Assembly (NCBI GenBank): GCA_963848295.1
Contig: CAWKDB010000002.1
Coordinates: forward strand, 672,001-736,000
Direction: 5' to 3'
DNA from: an uncultured delta proteobacterium
Lineage (GTDB): Bacteria > Myxococcota_A > Polyangia > Haliangiales > Haliangiaceae
Length of the DNA: 64,000 bases
Positions 28,384 through 39,029 of the stretch are shown here, piece by piece. The notes beneath the pieces are model-generated. The model was not told the DNA's origin. It did not search any database and saw only the letters and a program-made list of their open reading frames with translations. Each line of letters begins with the position of its first letter. Within the stretch, counting starts at the first letter, position 1. A program made the position numbers and the translations under genes.

Positions 28384-29697
28384 TCAGATGCTCGCGATCT
28401 CGAGCCAGCCGCCGCGAAATCCAGCGCGGCGCAGTCCTTCGCGGATGGCTGGAACCGTCCGGACCAGCTTCCACATCAGCTCGTTCGCGTGGTTCTCGAT
28501 CATCAAGACGATCGGGCCTTCGTTTAGCCCGAGGCGCCACTGCGAGACCCAGCCGTGCGGATGGCCACCTTCGTCGGGGAAGATCGGGTTGAAGCTCGCG
28601 TCGAAGCCAGCGCCATTGCGGTCCTTGAGCGCGAGGCGTTCGATCGCGTGATGGAGTGTCGCGCACACGATCTGCGGCGCGAACGGCAGCGACGCGACGA
28701 CGGCCCATGGCGCGATCGTGCCATCGTCGGGGCCTTCGGGAGCTCCGCGTGCGACATAGCCGTAGAACTCGCGCATCACACCGTCGACCAAGCGCTTCGT
28801 CGGGCCCGGGCCGTTGCTCGCGGTCAGGCCCCAGAGATTGCGCGAATAGTGGGTGTAGCGATGTGGATTTGCGATCGCGTACCGCTGTTGCACGATGGTC
28901 GCGCGCCGGCTGTTCTCGAAGTAATCGCAATCGAGCTCGCGGTTGCGGTCGTCGCGAATGCCGCGGAAGTCGATCCACAAGTGTGAGAGCTGGTGGATGA
29001 ACAGCGGCCCTGCGTAGAAGTAGCGCTGGTCGTATGCCGTCTTGATCTCGAACGTCGCCGTCCATTGCCGGTACCCGGCCGGATCGATCGGAAACGTCGG
29101 CGAGCCGAGCGCGAGCGCGTAGAGCACGAGCGCCTCGCAGTAGCCGCGGTCCCAACGCGCCGGCAAGAACCCGGCCTCGGGTGACCAGCCGTGACTTAGC
29201 GTGTCCGCGCCGTTGCACGCCCACACCCAATCGATGCGGCGATATAGCAGGTCGACGAGCCGCCTCAGCTCGTGCTCTCGCGCGTCGTCGCCGCTGAAGT
29301 ACGCCGCGACGGTCAGCATGCCGGCGACGAGCACCGCGGTGTCGATCGTCGACAGCTCGCTCTCGGCCGCGCGCCTTCCGGTCTTCATGTCGAGGAAGTG
29401 GTAGTAGAAGCCGTGATAGCCGGTCGAATCGGCCGAGGTGCCTTGGGCACTCGCGTGAAACACGCGCAGGGTCGCGAGTGCGCGCTCGATCGCGACGGAC
29501 CTCGACATCCAGTGGTGCTCTACCGCGACGCACAGGATCGAGAGCCCGAGCCCCGTCGTCGCGATACTCGCGAAGCTGCCGGGCTGATTCTTGTCGGCGA
29601 CGAGGCCGGTGTGAGGGTCGGCATTCCGCACGAAGTAGTCGTAGGTGTCGAGCTGGAGTGTGTCGAGCATCTCTCGATCGTGCGTGTCGTCGGTCAT
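28384..29697 (-). CDS. Glucoamylase-like/GH144-like glycoside hydrolase
   Basis: TGLVAD, ASIATTGLGL, GFYYHFLDM, ELSTIDTA, GPLFIHQLSH, WGLTAS, DDGTIAP. Confidence 0.85.
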   Translation of the reverse strand: MTDDTHDREMLDTLQLDTYDYFVRNADPHTGLVADKNQPGSFASIATTGLGLSILCVAVEHHWMSRSVAIERALATLRVFHASAQGTSADSTGYHGFYYHFLDMKTGRRAAESELSTIDTAVLVAGMLTVAAYFSGDDAREHELRRLVDLLYRRIDWVWACNGADTLSHGWSPEAGFLPARWDRGYCEALVLYALALGSPTFPIDPAGYRQWTATFEIKTAYDQRYFYAGPLFIHQLSHLWIDFRGIRDDRNRELDCDYFENSRRATIVQQRYAIANPHRYTHYSRNLWGLTASNGPGPTKRLVDGVMREFYGYVARGAPEGPDDGTIAPWAVVASLPFAPQIVCATLHHAIERLALKDRNGAGFDASFNPIFPDEGGHPHGWVSQWRLGLNEGPIVLMIENHANELMWKLVRTVPAIREGLRRAGFRGGWLEIASI

Positions 29698-32669
29698 GCG
29701 GGCTCCGCCGGATCGATCGGACTCGCGGTCGCGGAAGGATCACAGACGACGCGAGTCACGAGATGCACCGGATCGTCCGCGAGCAGCTCGGCTAGGTGGC
29801 GCGCGTGCACGTTGCCGAGCTGGCGCAACTGTTCGCGGCAACTGAAGCCGTCGGCGACGACTGTCGCGGTCGGCGCTTCGCGCACGGCCGGCAGCAACAC
29901 GCGCTCGGCGAGTGCGACCGATATCGGGTACTTCGCACGCTGGAACCCGAACGCACCGGCCATCCCGCAACAACCGCTATCGAGCACGTCGACGGCGTGA
30001 CCTGCCGCGCGCAGCAGCGCGATCTCGTGGTCCGGCTCGAGCACGGCGGACTGATGACAATGCCGGTGATAGATCACGTTCTGTGACGGCACCTGTGCCG
30101 GTCGATAGCCGACCGATGCCAAGAGCTCGCCGAGCGAGAACGTCTGCTTGCCGAGCCGCGTTGCGCGCGGATGTTCCGGGAAAAGCGACGGCAGCTCGTC
30201 GCGGAATGCGCTCGTGCAACTCGGTTCGAGCGCCACGACGGGCACACCCGCATCGATGTCCTCGGCGAGCACCTCGAGCGTCCGGTGCCACAGCTTGCGC
30301 GCGTCGTCGAGCCAACCGTACTCGTAGAGTGGCCGGCCGCAGCAGACGCGGCGCGCCGGAATGTCGACCGCGAAACCTGCCTGCGACAACACGCGCACGG
30401 CGTCGTGCAGCACCTGCGGATAGAAGGCGTCGTTGAACGTGTCGGGCCACAGGATGACGCGCTTCGAGCCGGGTGTAGCGGCCGGTCGGCGAAAGCTGCG
30501 GCGAAAAGTCCGGCGTGCGATCCGCGGGATATCGCGCTCGTTCGCGACGCCCGCGATCGACTTCGCGAGTACTCGGAACCCGGGTGCGTGCGTGAAGAAG
30601 TTCACGAGCGGGGCGAGCGGCCGGCCGATCATCAACCAGCGATGCAGCCACCCGAACACGTAGGCCTCCCTCGGGCGGAGTCGACCTTCGTAATGGTGTG
30701 CCATGAACTCGGCCTTGTACGACGCCATATCGACATGGGTCGGGCACTCCTTCTTGCAGGCCTTACACGCGAGGCAGAGGTCGAGTGACTCGCGCACGTC
30801 TTCGCTGCGCCAGCCGTCCGTGATCACGTCGCCGCGCATCATCTCGAACAACATGTGTGCCCGGCCGCGCGTCGAGTGCCGCTCGTCGAGCGTCACCATG
30901 TAGCTCGGACACATCGTCGCTTCGTCTCGCTTGCGGCACTTGCCGGTGCCGACACAGCGCACGCCGGCATGTCCGAAGTCGTGACCGTCGTCACCGTGTG
31001 ACATGTCGATCGGCCCCGGGTGCGGCTGATAATCAACGAGCCGGAGATGCGACGTGCGCGGGTTCGGCCACACCAGCTTGCCCGGGTTCATCGCGCGATC
31101 TGGATCCCAGATCGTCTTGAACTCTTGGAACGCTTGGACGAGCTCGGCGCCGAACATGATCTCGTGCAGGTCGGCGCGTGACTGCCCGTCGCCGTGCTCG
31201 CCGGAGAGTGAGCCGCCATGCGACACGACGAGGCGCGCGGCATCGGCGGTGAACTTGCGATAGCGCTCGAGTCCCTCGGGCTTGTCGAGCCCGAAGTCGA
31301 TCCGGCTGTGCACGCAGCCCTGGCCGAAGTGGCCGTACAGCGAGCCTTCCAAGCCGTACTGGTCGTAGAGCGCGTGCAGCTCACGCAGGTACGCCTCGAG
31401 GTGTGCGGGCGGCACGGCCGAGTCTTCCCAACCCTCGTAGTTATCGGGCTTGCCCGGCTCGAACGCGTCGACGCCGAGTGCTTGCTCGCGCATGTCAGCG
31501 AGCTTGTGCTGGCTCGCGACGTCGACGAGGATGTTGACGCCCTGAGGCTCGAGGAGCTTCGCCGTCAGTTCGGCTGCGGCCCGTGCCTCCGCGACCGTGT
31601 CGGCGCCGTGCTCGACCATCAGCCACGCCTTGCCGGCGGGGAGCAGCGAGAGCGCATGAGCGTGATCGCGGTGCTGGCTCTTGATCCGCCGGGTCAATAC
31701 GTCGTCCATCGCCTCGCAGCCGACCGGTCGACGTTCGCGCGCCAGGTTCGCCGCTGCCGCAGCGCGATAGATGTCCGGATAGCCGAGGATCGCGAGCACG
31801 CGTGCCGGTTTCGCGCGCACGAGCTCGAGCTTCGCGCCGAGCAGGATCACGCAGGTCGCCTCGCTGCCGACGAGCGCCCGCCCGACGTGAAAGCCGCGAT
31901 CGTCGAGCAGGTCCGGCAAGTTATAGCCGGACACCAGGCGAGGCATGACGGGAAACCTGGTCTTGATCAGCGGCTGATAGCGCTCGCGAAGCGCGAGCAG
32001 ACGCGCATAGATCGATGCCGGTGCGCCGCCGCGCGCGCGAATCTGACCGAGCGCGACCGCATCGGTCGATCCCACGCGCATCCGGTCGCCGCGATAGGTC
32101 AGGATATCGAGCTCGACGACATGATCCGAGGTTCGCGGCCCAGGCCCATAGAACTCGGAGAACACCGAGTGAACACCGCACGAGTTGTTGCCCAGCATGC
32201 CGCCGAGCGTGCAGCGATCCTTCGTCGAGGGATCCGGCCCGAAGTCGAGCCCTACCGCAGTCGCCGCGTCGCGCAGCGACTTCATCACCGTGCCCGGCCC
32301 GACGTGCGCGAACCCACCAGCCCGATCGATCGTCACGTCGGTCAAATGGCGCGAGCAGTCGAGCACGATCGCCTCGTTACAGCTCTGGCCGGCAAGGCTC
32401 GTGCCGCCACCCCGCGGCAAGATCGGCGCGCCGTGCTCGCGGCACAGCGCGACCGCTGCGATCAACGCGTCGATCGTGCGCGGGACGACTACACCGATCG
32501 GGACCTGGCGATAGTTCGACGAATCGGTCGCGTAGAGCGCTCGCGTGCCGGGATCGAAGCCGAGCTCCGCATCCACGTGCGTCTTCAACGCGCGAGCGAG
32601 CGGACTGTCGGCATGATCCGAACGATCCCGACGGATCCGGACGATCTGCGGTGCGGGTTCACGCGGCAA
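29694..32669 (-). CDS. FAD-linked oxidase with 4Fe-4S and CCG domains (GlcD/YdiJ-like)
   Basis: RGGGTSLAGQ, GEHGDG, CVGTGKC, CLACKACKKECP, CCG motifs. Confidence 0.92.
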   Translation of the reverse strand: MPREPAPQIVRIRRDRSDHADSPLARALKTHVDAELGFDPGTRALYATDSSNYRQVPIGVVVPRTIDALIAAVALCREHGAPILPRGGGTSLAGQSCNEAIVLDCSRHLTDVTIDRAGGFAHVGPGTVMKSLRDAATAVGLDFGPDPSTKDRCTLGGMLGNNSCGVHSVFSEFYGPGPRTSDHVVELDILTYRGDRMRVGSTDAVALGQIRARGGAPASIYARLLALRERYQPLIKTRFPVMPRLVSGYNLPDLLDDRGFHVGRALVGSEATCVILLGAKLELVRAKPARVLAILGYPDIYRAAAAANLARERRPVGCEAMDDVLTRRIKSQHRDHAHALSLLPAGKAWLMVEHGADTVAEARAAAELTAKLLEPQGVNILVDVASQHKLADMREQALGVDAFEPGKPDNYEGWEDSAVPPAHLEAYLRELHALYDQYGLEGSLYGHFGQGCVHSRIDFGLDKPEGLERYRKFTADAARLVVSHGGSLSGEHGDGQSRADLHEIMFGAELVQAFQEFKTIWDPDRAMNPGKLVWPNPRTSHLRLVDYQPHPGPIDMSHGDDGHDFGHAGVRCVGTGKCRKRDEATMCPSYMVTLDERHSTRGRAHMLFEMMRGDVITDGWRSEDVRESLDLCLACKACKKECPTHVDMASYKAEFMAHHYEGRLRPREAYVFGWLHRWLMIGRPLAPLVNFFTHAPGFRVLAKSIAGVANERDIPRIARRTFRRSFRRPAATPGSKRVILWPDTFNDAFYPQVLHDAVRVLSQAGFAVDIPARRVCCGRPLYEYGWLDDARKLWHRTLEVLAEDIDAGVPVVALEPSCTSAFRDELPSLFPEHPRATRLGKQTFSLGELLASVGYRPAQVPSQNVIYHRHCHQSAVLEPDHEIALLRAAGHAVDVLDSGCCGMAGAFGFQRAKYPISVALAERVLLPAVREAPTATVVADGFSCREQLRQLGNVHARHLAELLADDPVHLVTRVVCDPSATASPIDPAEPA

Positions 32670-33759
32670 GCCGGTCCACCTCTCGGGCGCGGAGCCTCAA
32701 GCCGAGGCCCACGTGACGCGGCGAGAACGCGATCGCTCCATCGACGACCGGCTCGACCCCGTCGAACACGATCGCTTCCATGCGCGCGTGATCGCGGAAG
32801 TACTCGAGGTGCACGAGCTGCGATGCGGCCGCGCCGGCGTGAACGTGAATTGCCGGTGCGCAGTGCGACGACAGAGGTAGCGAATGTGCGGCACACATCG
32901 CGTTGGCCTGTACGAACCCCGAGATGCCGAGCGCACGCGTCGAGTCCGCCTGCAGGATGTCGACGGCACCAACATCGAGCATCCGGCGGAAGTACCAACC
33001 GTCGTAGCCGTACTCGCCGGCCGCGATCGCCATGCCAGCAGGAGCGCGATCGCGCAGCAGGCGAAGCCCTTCGAGATCATCCGCCGGCACCGGTTCCTCG
33101 AAGTAGACGACGCCGTGCACCGCGAACTGTTCCGCGAACGCGAGCGCTTGCTTGCGGGTATAGGCGCCGTTGGCGTCGACCATCAGCTCGATGTCGGCAC
33201 CGATCGCAGCTCGAGCGACCCTCACCCGATCGACGTCCAGCTTCGGCTCGCGGCCGACCTTGATCTTGACGCGACGGTGTCCCGCCGCCGCGTAGCTCGC
33301 GAGCTCTTCCGACAGCTGATCCAACGTGGACGAGGTAAAGCCGCCGCTCGCGTAGACCGGCACGGTCGTCCGCGCGCAACCCAACAGACTCGCGAGAGGG
33401 ACCTCCAGCAGTCGCGCTTTGAGATCCCACAGGGCGACATCGACGGCGCTGATCGCACACGCGACGAGCCCCGGACGGCCCTGGTTGCGGGCCACGCGCA
33501 GCATCCCTGCCGTCGCGGTCGGGATCGCGAATCCGTCGACCCCATGGATCGCTGGCGCGAGCAGGTCGCGAACGACCGTCGCGGCCGCCGCATCGATGTA
33601 CGAGTACCCGAGTCCGGTCGCACCAGCTGCATGCAACTCGACGATCACCATCGTCGTCGCGTCCCACACCGCCGTGCCGTCAGATTCGGGGCCATGCTCG
33701 GTGGGCAGCTTGCAGACGCGAACGTCGGCGCGCTCGATCGGTGCGGCCGGGCGCAACAT
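32659..33759 (-). CDS. Mandelate racemase/enolase superfamily protein
   Basis: PESDGT, VDVALWDLKA, KIKVG, VDANG, FEEP, AGEYG, SSHCAP. Confidence 0.9.
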   Translation of the reverse strand: MLRPAAPIERADVRVCKLPTEHGPESDGTAVWDATTMVIVELHAAGATGLGYSYIDAAAATVVRDLLAPAIHGVDGFAIPTATAGMLRVARNQGRPGLVACAISAVDVALWDLKARLLEVPLASLLGCARTTVPVYASGGFTSSTLDQLSEELASYAAAGHRRVKIKVGREPKLDVDRVRVARAAIGADIELMVDANGAYTRKQALAFAEQFAVHGVVYFEEPVPADDLEGLRLLRDRAPAGMAIAAGEYGYDGWYFRRMLDVGAVDILQADSTRALGISGFVQANAMCAAHSLPLSSHCAPAIHVHAGAAASQLVHLEYFRDHARMEAIVFDGVEPVVDGAIAFSPRHVGLGLRLRAREVDRLAA

Positions 33760-35544
33760 CTACTTCGCCGCCAACTTCGCCCAGATCTGCTTGGCCGACT
33801 GCTCGACCATGCGCCAGCGATGCGGATCGCCGTGGAGCACCGCCGACGCGAAGTTCCGTGCTTGTTTGAAATCGATGTGCGGCGGCAATGGCGGCACTTC
33901 CGGATCGGTGTGGCACTCCACGACGACCGGACGATCGGCTGCAAACGCGCGATCGAGAGCCGGCCCGATCGCCTCGGGCGTGCTCACCTCGATCCCGGTC
34001 AGCCCGAGCAGCTCGGCATAGCGGGCGTACGGAAACTTCGGCAGCTTCTGCGCGTCGTCGTACTTGGGATTGCCGACCATCACGCGCTGCTCCCACGTCA
34101 CCATATTGAGGTCGCCGTTGTTGAGGACCACGACGACGAGCCGCGGGTCCTGCCACTCCTTGTAGTGCGCGGCGAGCGTGACCAGCACGCTGTTGCCGAT
34201 CATCTGCATCGCACCATCGCCGATCGCCGCGATCACCGGGCGATCCGGATACGCGAACTTCGCGGCCGCCGCGTATGGCATCGCCGGTCCCATGGTCGCG
34301 AGGTTCCCGGACAGCGACGCCATCATGCCCTTGCGGATCCTGAGATCGCAGGCCCACCACGTCGCGCACGTCCCCGAGTCAGCTGCGAGGATCGCATTGT
34401 CGGGTAAGCGCGGAGACAGGTCCCAGAACACGCGCTGCGGGTTGATCGGCTTGGCCGACAACATCGCGCGCTCCTTCATCAGCGCCCACCAGCTCTCGTT
34501 CCAACCGGCGATGTCATTTCGCCAGCCGCGGTCCGGTTTGCGCTCCAGCAGCGGCAAGAGCGCGCGCAACGTCTGGGCGGAATCACCGTGTAGGCTGACG
34601 TCCATCGGATACCGAAGCGAGAGGTTGCGCGGCGCCAGATCGATCTGAACGCCACGCGCCTCGCCCTCTTTCGGCAGGTACTCGACGTACGGAAAGCTCG
34701 AGCCGACCATCAGCAACGTGTCGCACTTGGCCATCAACTTGTCGCTCGGTTCAGTCCCGAGCAGGCCGATCGATCCGGTCACGAATGGGAGGTCGTCGGG
34801 AACGACGGCCTTGCCGAGCAGCGCTTTCGCGATACCGGCGCCGAGTGCGTCGGCCACTTCGAGCACCTCGGCCGAGGCCTGCAACGCACCCGCACCGACG
34901 AGCATCGCGACCCTCTTTCCGCTGTTCAGGATCGCTGCCGCCGCCTGAAGATCGTACTCGGCGGGAATCACGATGCCGCGGTGATAGCCAATCCCGGATA
35001 GCGTGGTGTTGTGCTCGCGCGGCGGGGCATCCACGCCATCGAGCTCCTGCACGTCGTTCGGGACGATCACGCAGGTCACCGTGCGCTCCGCGTACGCGAT
35101 GCGTACGGCGCGATCGATCATGTGACGCACCGACGCCGGATGCGTGCACGTGTGCACGTAGTGGTGGGCCACATCCTTGAACAGCGTGTTGAGGTCGACC
35201 TCTTGCTGATAGTCGGCCCCCATCGCGGTGCGCGCCGCTTGGCCGACGATCGCGACGACCGGCTGATGATCCAGCTTCGCGTCGTAGAGCCCATTCAAGA
35301 GATGGATCGCCCCCGGACCCGAGGTCGCCATGCAGACGCCGACCTCGCCGGTGAACTTCGCGTGGCCGCACGCCATGAACGCCGCGATCTCTTCGTGACG
35401 CGTCTGAATAAATCGAACGCGACCGTCAGCGCGATCGAGCGCACCGATCAAGCCGTTGATGCCATCGCCCGGATAGCCGTAGATGGTCCGGATGCCCCAG
35501 CTGTAGAACCGCTGAATAATGTGGTCACTCACCGTTTGGGTCAT
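33760..35544 (-). CDS. Thiamine-pyrophosphate-requiring enzyme (pyruvate oxidase-like)
   Basis: GYPGDGING, RHEE, TSGPGAIHLLNGLYDA, GDGAMQM...NN. Confidence 0.93.
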   Translation of the reverse strand: MTQTVSDHIIQRFYSWGIRTIYGYPGDGINGLIGALDRADGRVRFIQTRHEEIAAFMACGHAKFTGEVGVCMATSGPGAIHLLNGLYDAKLDHQPVVAIVGQAARTAMGADYQQEVDLNTLFKDVAHHYVHTCTHPASVRHMIDRAVRIAYAERTVTCVIVPNDVQELDGVDAPPREHNTTLSGIGYHRGIVIPAEYDLQAAAAILNSGKRVAMLVGAGALQASAEVLEVADALGAGIAKALLGKAVVPDDLPFVTGSIGLLGTEPSDKLMAKCDTLLMVGSSFPYVEYLPKEGEARGVQIDLAPRNLSLRYPMDVSLHGDSAQTLRALLPLLERKPDRGWRNDIAGWNESWWALMKERAMLSAKPINPQRVFWDLSPRLPDNAILAADSGTCATWWACDLRIRKGMMASLSGNLATMGPAMPYAAAAKFAYPDRPVIAAIGDGAMQMIGNSVLVTLAAHYKEWQDPRLVVVVLNNGDLNMVTWEQRVMVGNPKYDDAQKLPKFPYARYAELLGLTGIEVSTPEAIGPALDRAFAADRPVVVECHTDPEVPPLPPHIDFKQARNFASAVLHGDPHRWRMVEQSAKQIWAKLAAK

Positions 35545-35757
35545 GCGGCGCAACGCGATTGCATCGATCGTGCCCTCGGGACCTATCGCCAACACGCGCA
35601 TGACGAGCTCGTGATGCGCGCCGAGCGCTCGCAGCGCGTTAACGCTCAGCGCAGGACGTATTCCGGCGCCGGGAGTCCTGCGCGGTAGCGGCTTGCTCCG
35701 TGCATTCAGCGGACGATGACTGCATCACACCGCGAACGACGCAGAAAGAGCATAGCC

Positions 35758-36768
35758 ATGAGTCGAGTCATCGTGATCACGGGTGGAACAGCGGGCGTCG
35801 GGCGCGCCACCGCACAACGCTTTGCGATCGAAGGAGCATCGATCGCGATCCTCGCACGCGGGGCAGATGGTCTCGCCGCGACCGTCGCAGACGTCGAACG
35901 CCTCGGCGGCAAGGCGATCGCGATCGCGACCGACGTCGCGCATTGCGAACAGGTCGATGTCGCCGCGGCGCGCGTCGAGCAAGAGCTCGGGCCGATCGAC
36001 GTGTGGGTCAACAATGCGATGACCACGGCAGTCGGGCCGTTCCAGCAAGTGACGCCCGAGGAGTATCAGCGCATCACCGACGTCTGCTATCACGGCTTCG
36101 TGTGGGGAACGCGGGCGGCGCTCGCTCACATGCGACCGCGCAATCGCGGCACGATCATCCAGGTCGGCTCGGCGCTCGCGTATCGATCGATCCCGTTGCA
36201 GTCGGCTTACTGCGGCGCCAAACACGCGATCCACGGCTTCACCGATTCGATTCGCAGTGAGTTGCTACACGACAAGGTCGCGATCGAGATCTGTATGGTG
36301 CAGCTACCGGCGGTCAATACGCCGCAGTTCGGCTGGTGCGTCAACAAGATGGCGAAGACCCCACAACCGGTGCCTCCGATCTTTCAGCCGGAGATCATCG
36401 CGGAGGCTTTGCATCACGTGTCACTCCATCCGCGCCGCGAGATCTACCTCGGTTGGCCCGCGATCAAGGCGATCATCGGCAACGAGCTCGCGCCGGGCTA
36501 TGCGGACCATTATCTCGCGCACCGCGGCTATGATGGTCAGCTCACCGATCAACCGAATCGCCACCCGCCGGCCAATCTCTTCGCACCGGTTCCTGGCGAT
36601 CACGGCGCACATGGGCAATTCGGCAAGCGCGCCCGCTCGCATGATGCCGTCGCCCGGATCGCAACGACGCTCGGCGGCGTCGGGGTGCGCGGCTCCGTTG
36701 CGGCGGCGTTCGCGATCGCGGGCGCGGCGGTCGCGTTCGGAGCTGTCGAGCTCGCCAGGCTGCTATGA
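35758..36768 (+). CDS. SDR family oxidoreductase
   Basis: TGGTAGVG, WVNNA, YCGAK. Confidence 0.92.
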   Translation: MSRVIVITGGTAGVGRATAQRFAIEGASIAILARGADGLAATVADVERLGGKAIAIATDVAHCEQVDVAAARVEQELGPIDVWVNNAMTTAVGPFQQVTPEEYQRITDVCYHGFVWGTRAALAHMRPRNRGTIIQVGSALAYRSIPLQSAYCGAKHAIHGFTDSIRSELLHDKVAIEICMVQLPAVNTPQFGWCVNKMAKTPQPVPPIFQPEIIAEALHHVSLHPRREIYLGWPAIKAIIGNELAPGYADHYLAHRGYDGQLTDQPNRHPPANLFAPVPGDHGAHGQFGKRARSHDAVARIATTLGGVGVRGSVAAAFAIAGAAVAFGAVELARLL

Positions 36769-37142
36769 CCGGTGCGATCGGACGCAAGCGCTGGGCGATC
36801 GCCGAGGGCTACATCCCCGGCTGGAGCAACGGCGAACCTCATCTATTCACGAGTCACGAGGCGGCGTGCCTGCTCAATGCCTCGGACGAAGACGCACACG
36901 TTCGGATCACGTTGTACTTCAGCGACCGAGAGCCGATCGGACCGTACGAGATCACGGTCGGGGCGCGACGGACCCTGCACGTGCGATTCAACGATCTCGA
37001 GGAGCCACAGCCGATCCCACTCGCAACCGACTATTCGAGCGTGATCGAGTCCGACGTTCCGATCGTGGTTCAACACACTCGGTTAGATTCGCGGCAGGCA
37101 GAGAACGCGCTGCTGACTACGATCGCGTATCCGATCGACTAG
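36765..37142 (+). CDS. Sensory rhodopsin transducer (ASRT) family protein
   Basis: IGRKRWAIAEGYIP...SHEAACLLN...SDVPIVVQHTRLDSRQ. Confidence 0.9.
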   Translation: MTGAIGRKRWAIAEGYIPGWSNGEPHLFTSHEAACLLNASDEDAHVRITLYFSDREPIGPYEITVGARRTLHVRFNDLEEPQPIPLATDYSSVIESDVPIVVQHTRLDSRQAENALLTTIAYPID

Positions 37143-39026
37143 GTGATCATGAGCGTCGACGACCTTCCCCTGCGCACCGCGCATCCGCCGGCCGCTCGCC
37201 CGGTGCTGGTGTGGGACGGCGCGTGTGGGTTTTGCCGGCGCGCGGTCGATCGAATCGTCTACCGCGTCGGGGATCGCATCGAGACCGCGCCGTATCAGGA
37301 CGCGGCCGATCGATTCCCCGACGTGCCGCGCGAGCGCTTCCACCAGGCCGTTCACCTGATCGACACCGATGGACGCGTGCACATCGGCGCCGACGCGATC
37401 TGGTCCGCTTTCGCGCTTGGTCCTGGCGGCGGACTGGGCCGCTGGTGCTACGTCAAGCTCCCCGGATTCGCCGCGGCGAGCGAGCTCGGCTATCGATTCG
37501 TGGCGAGCCATCGCTCGTTGATGTCGCGCGTGACCCGCTGGTTCATCGGCCCCGACCTGCTGCCTCGGCAATTCCGGCTCACCCGGTGGGTCTATCTCCG
37601 ACTGCTCGCGCTCGCCGCGCTGTGCGCGTTCGTGTCGCTCTACGTCCAGATGGATGGGTTGTTCTCGTCGCACGGGATCTCGCCGGCGGCTGACTTCATG
37701 AGCTCGTTGCGCTCCTACGCCGACGGGCACGATTGGGGAGCGCTGCGCCGGTTCGCCGAGGTGCCGACGCTCGGCTGGATGTCGGCGTCCGACGGCGCGC
37801 TTCACGCCTACGCGATCGCAGGCATCGTCGCATCCGTGTTGTTGTTGTTCGACGTCGCGGCGGGATGGATGGTCGCGGCGCTGTGGCTGCTGTACCTGTC
37901 GCTCGTCAACATCAGCGGCACCTTCTTCCAGTTCCAGTGGGACACCTTGCTGCTCGAGGCCTTGTTCGTGTCGATGTTCGTCGCGCCGTGGCGGCTCCGG
38001 CCCGCGTTGCGTGGTGACCGCGAGCCGTCGCTCGCCGGCGTCTGGCTGGTCCGCTTGCTGCTGTTCAAGCTCATGTTCCTGTCCGGTGCGGTCAAGCTGA
38101 TGGCCCACGGCGACACGTGGACGTCGCTGTCGGCGCTCGACGTCCACTTCTTCACCCAGCCGCTTCCCACCTGGACCGCGTACTACGCACACTTCGCCCC
38201 GCACTGGGTTCACGCGATCGCGCTGCTCGTCACGTTCGCGATCGAGCTCGCGATGCCGTGGCTCGTGTTCGGCCCGCGGCGCGCGCGCCTCGCGTTCGGA
38301 TTCTCCGCGATGTTCCTGATGCTGATGATCGGGCTCACCGGGAACTACGGGTTCTTCAACCTGCTCGCGTTTTCGATCGCCGTGATGTGCCTGGACGACA
38401 CGCTGCTCCGCCGTTTCGTGCCGCGGCGGCTGCGCGCTCGAATCCCCGACCCGACGGTGCCGCCGGCGCGGGTTCGGCCTCGGTGGCAGCGCCGCGCGTC
38501 GTGGGTCGCAGCTTCGATGATCCTCGTGCTGAGCGCGCAGCAGATGCTCTTCCGCGTCGACCGCAAGAGCGAGCTCGGCCGATCGGTGTCCGACGTGACC
38601 TCGCCGTTCCTGTCGAACAACAGCTACGGCTTGTTTCAGGACATGACCACGAGCCGCCCGGAGATCATCATCGAAGGCAGCCGCGACGGCACGACGTGGC
38701 AGGCGTACGAGTTCAAGTACAAGCCCGGCGATCTCGATCGACGGCCGCGGTTCACGGGGCCGTTCATGCCGCGGCTCGACTGGCAGATGTGGTTCGCGGC
38801 GCTCGAGGGCTGCGAGGCCTCCGGCTGGTTCCAGTCGTTCGTGGCCAAGCTGTTCGAGGCGGAGCCCGACGTCCGCGCCCTCCTCGCGCGCGACCCGTTC
38901 GGCGCCGACCCTCCGCGCTACATTCGTACGACGCTTTACGACTACACGTTCGCCGACCCGGACGCGCACGGCTGGTGGACGCGCTCCAACCCGCGTCCGT
39001 TCTGCCCGGTCTATCGTCGCGAGTGA
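37143..39026 (+). CDS. Lipase maturation factor family protein with N-terminal DCC1-like (DxxCxxC) domain
   Basis: WDGACGFC; FQWDTLLLE, TQPLP, TGNYGFFN, YEFKYKPG, MPRLDWQMWFAAL. Confidence 0.9.
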   Translation: MIMSVDDLPLRTAHPPAARPVLVWDGACGFCRRAVDRIVYRVGDRIETAPYQDAADRFPDVPRERFHQAVHLIDTDGRVHIGADAIWSAFALGPGGGLGRWCYVKLPGFAAASELGYRFVASHRSLMSRVTRWFIGPDLLPRQFRLTRWVYLRLLALAALCAFVSLYVQMDGLFSSHGISPAADFMSSLRSYADGHDWGALRRFAEVPTLGWMSASDGALHAYAIAGIVASVLLLFDVAAGWMVAALWLLYLSLVNISGTFFQFQWDTLLLEALFVSMFVAPWRLRPALRGDREPSLAGVWLVRLLLFKLMFLSGAVKLMAHGDTWTSLSALDVHFFTQPLPTWTAYYAHFAPHWVHAIALLVTFAIELAMPWLVFGPRRARLAFGFSAMFLMLMIGLTGNYGFFNLLAFSIAVMCLDDTLLRRFVPRRLRARIPDPTVPPARVRPRWQRRASWVAASMILVLSAQQMLFRVDRKSELGRSVSDVTSPFLSNNSYGLFQDMTTSRPEIIIEGSRDGTTWQAYEFKYKPGDLDRRPRFTGPFMPRLDWQMWFAALEGCEASGWFQSFVAKLFEAEPDVRALLARDPFGADPPRYIRTTLYDYTFADPDAHGWWTRSNPRPFCPVYRRE

Positions 39027-39029
39027 TGA

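Noticed and set aside
36765..37142. ASRT as evidence of phototaxis or a rhodopsin
   Set aside because: No rhodopsin gene nearby; ASRT-family genes commonly occur without one.
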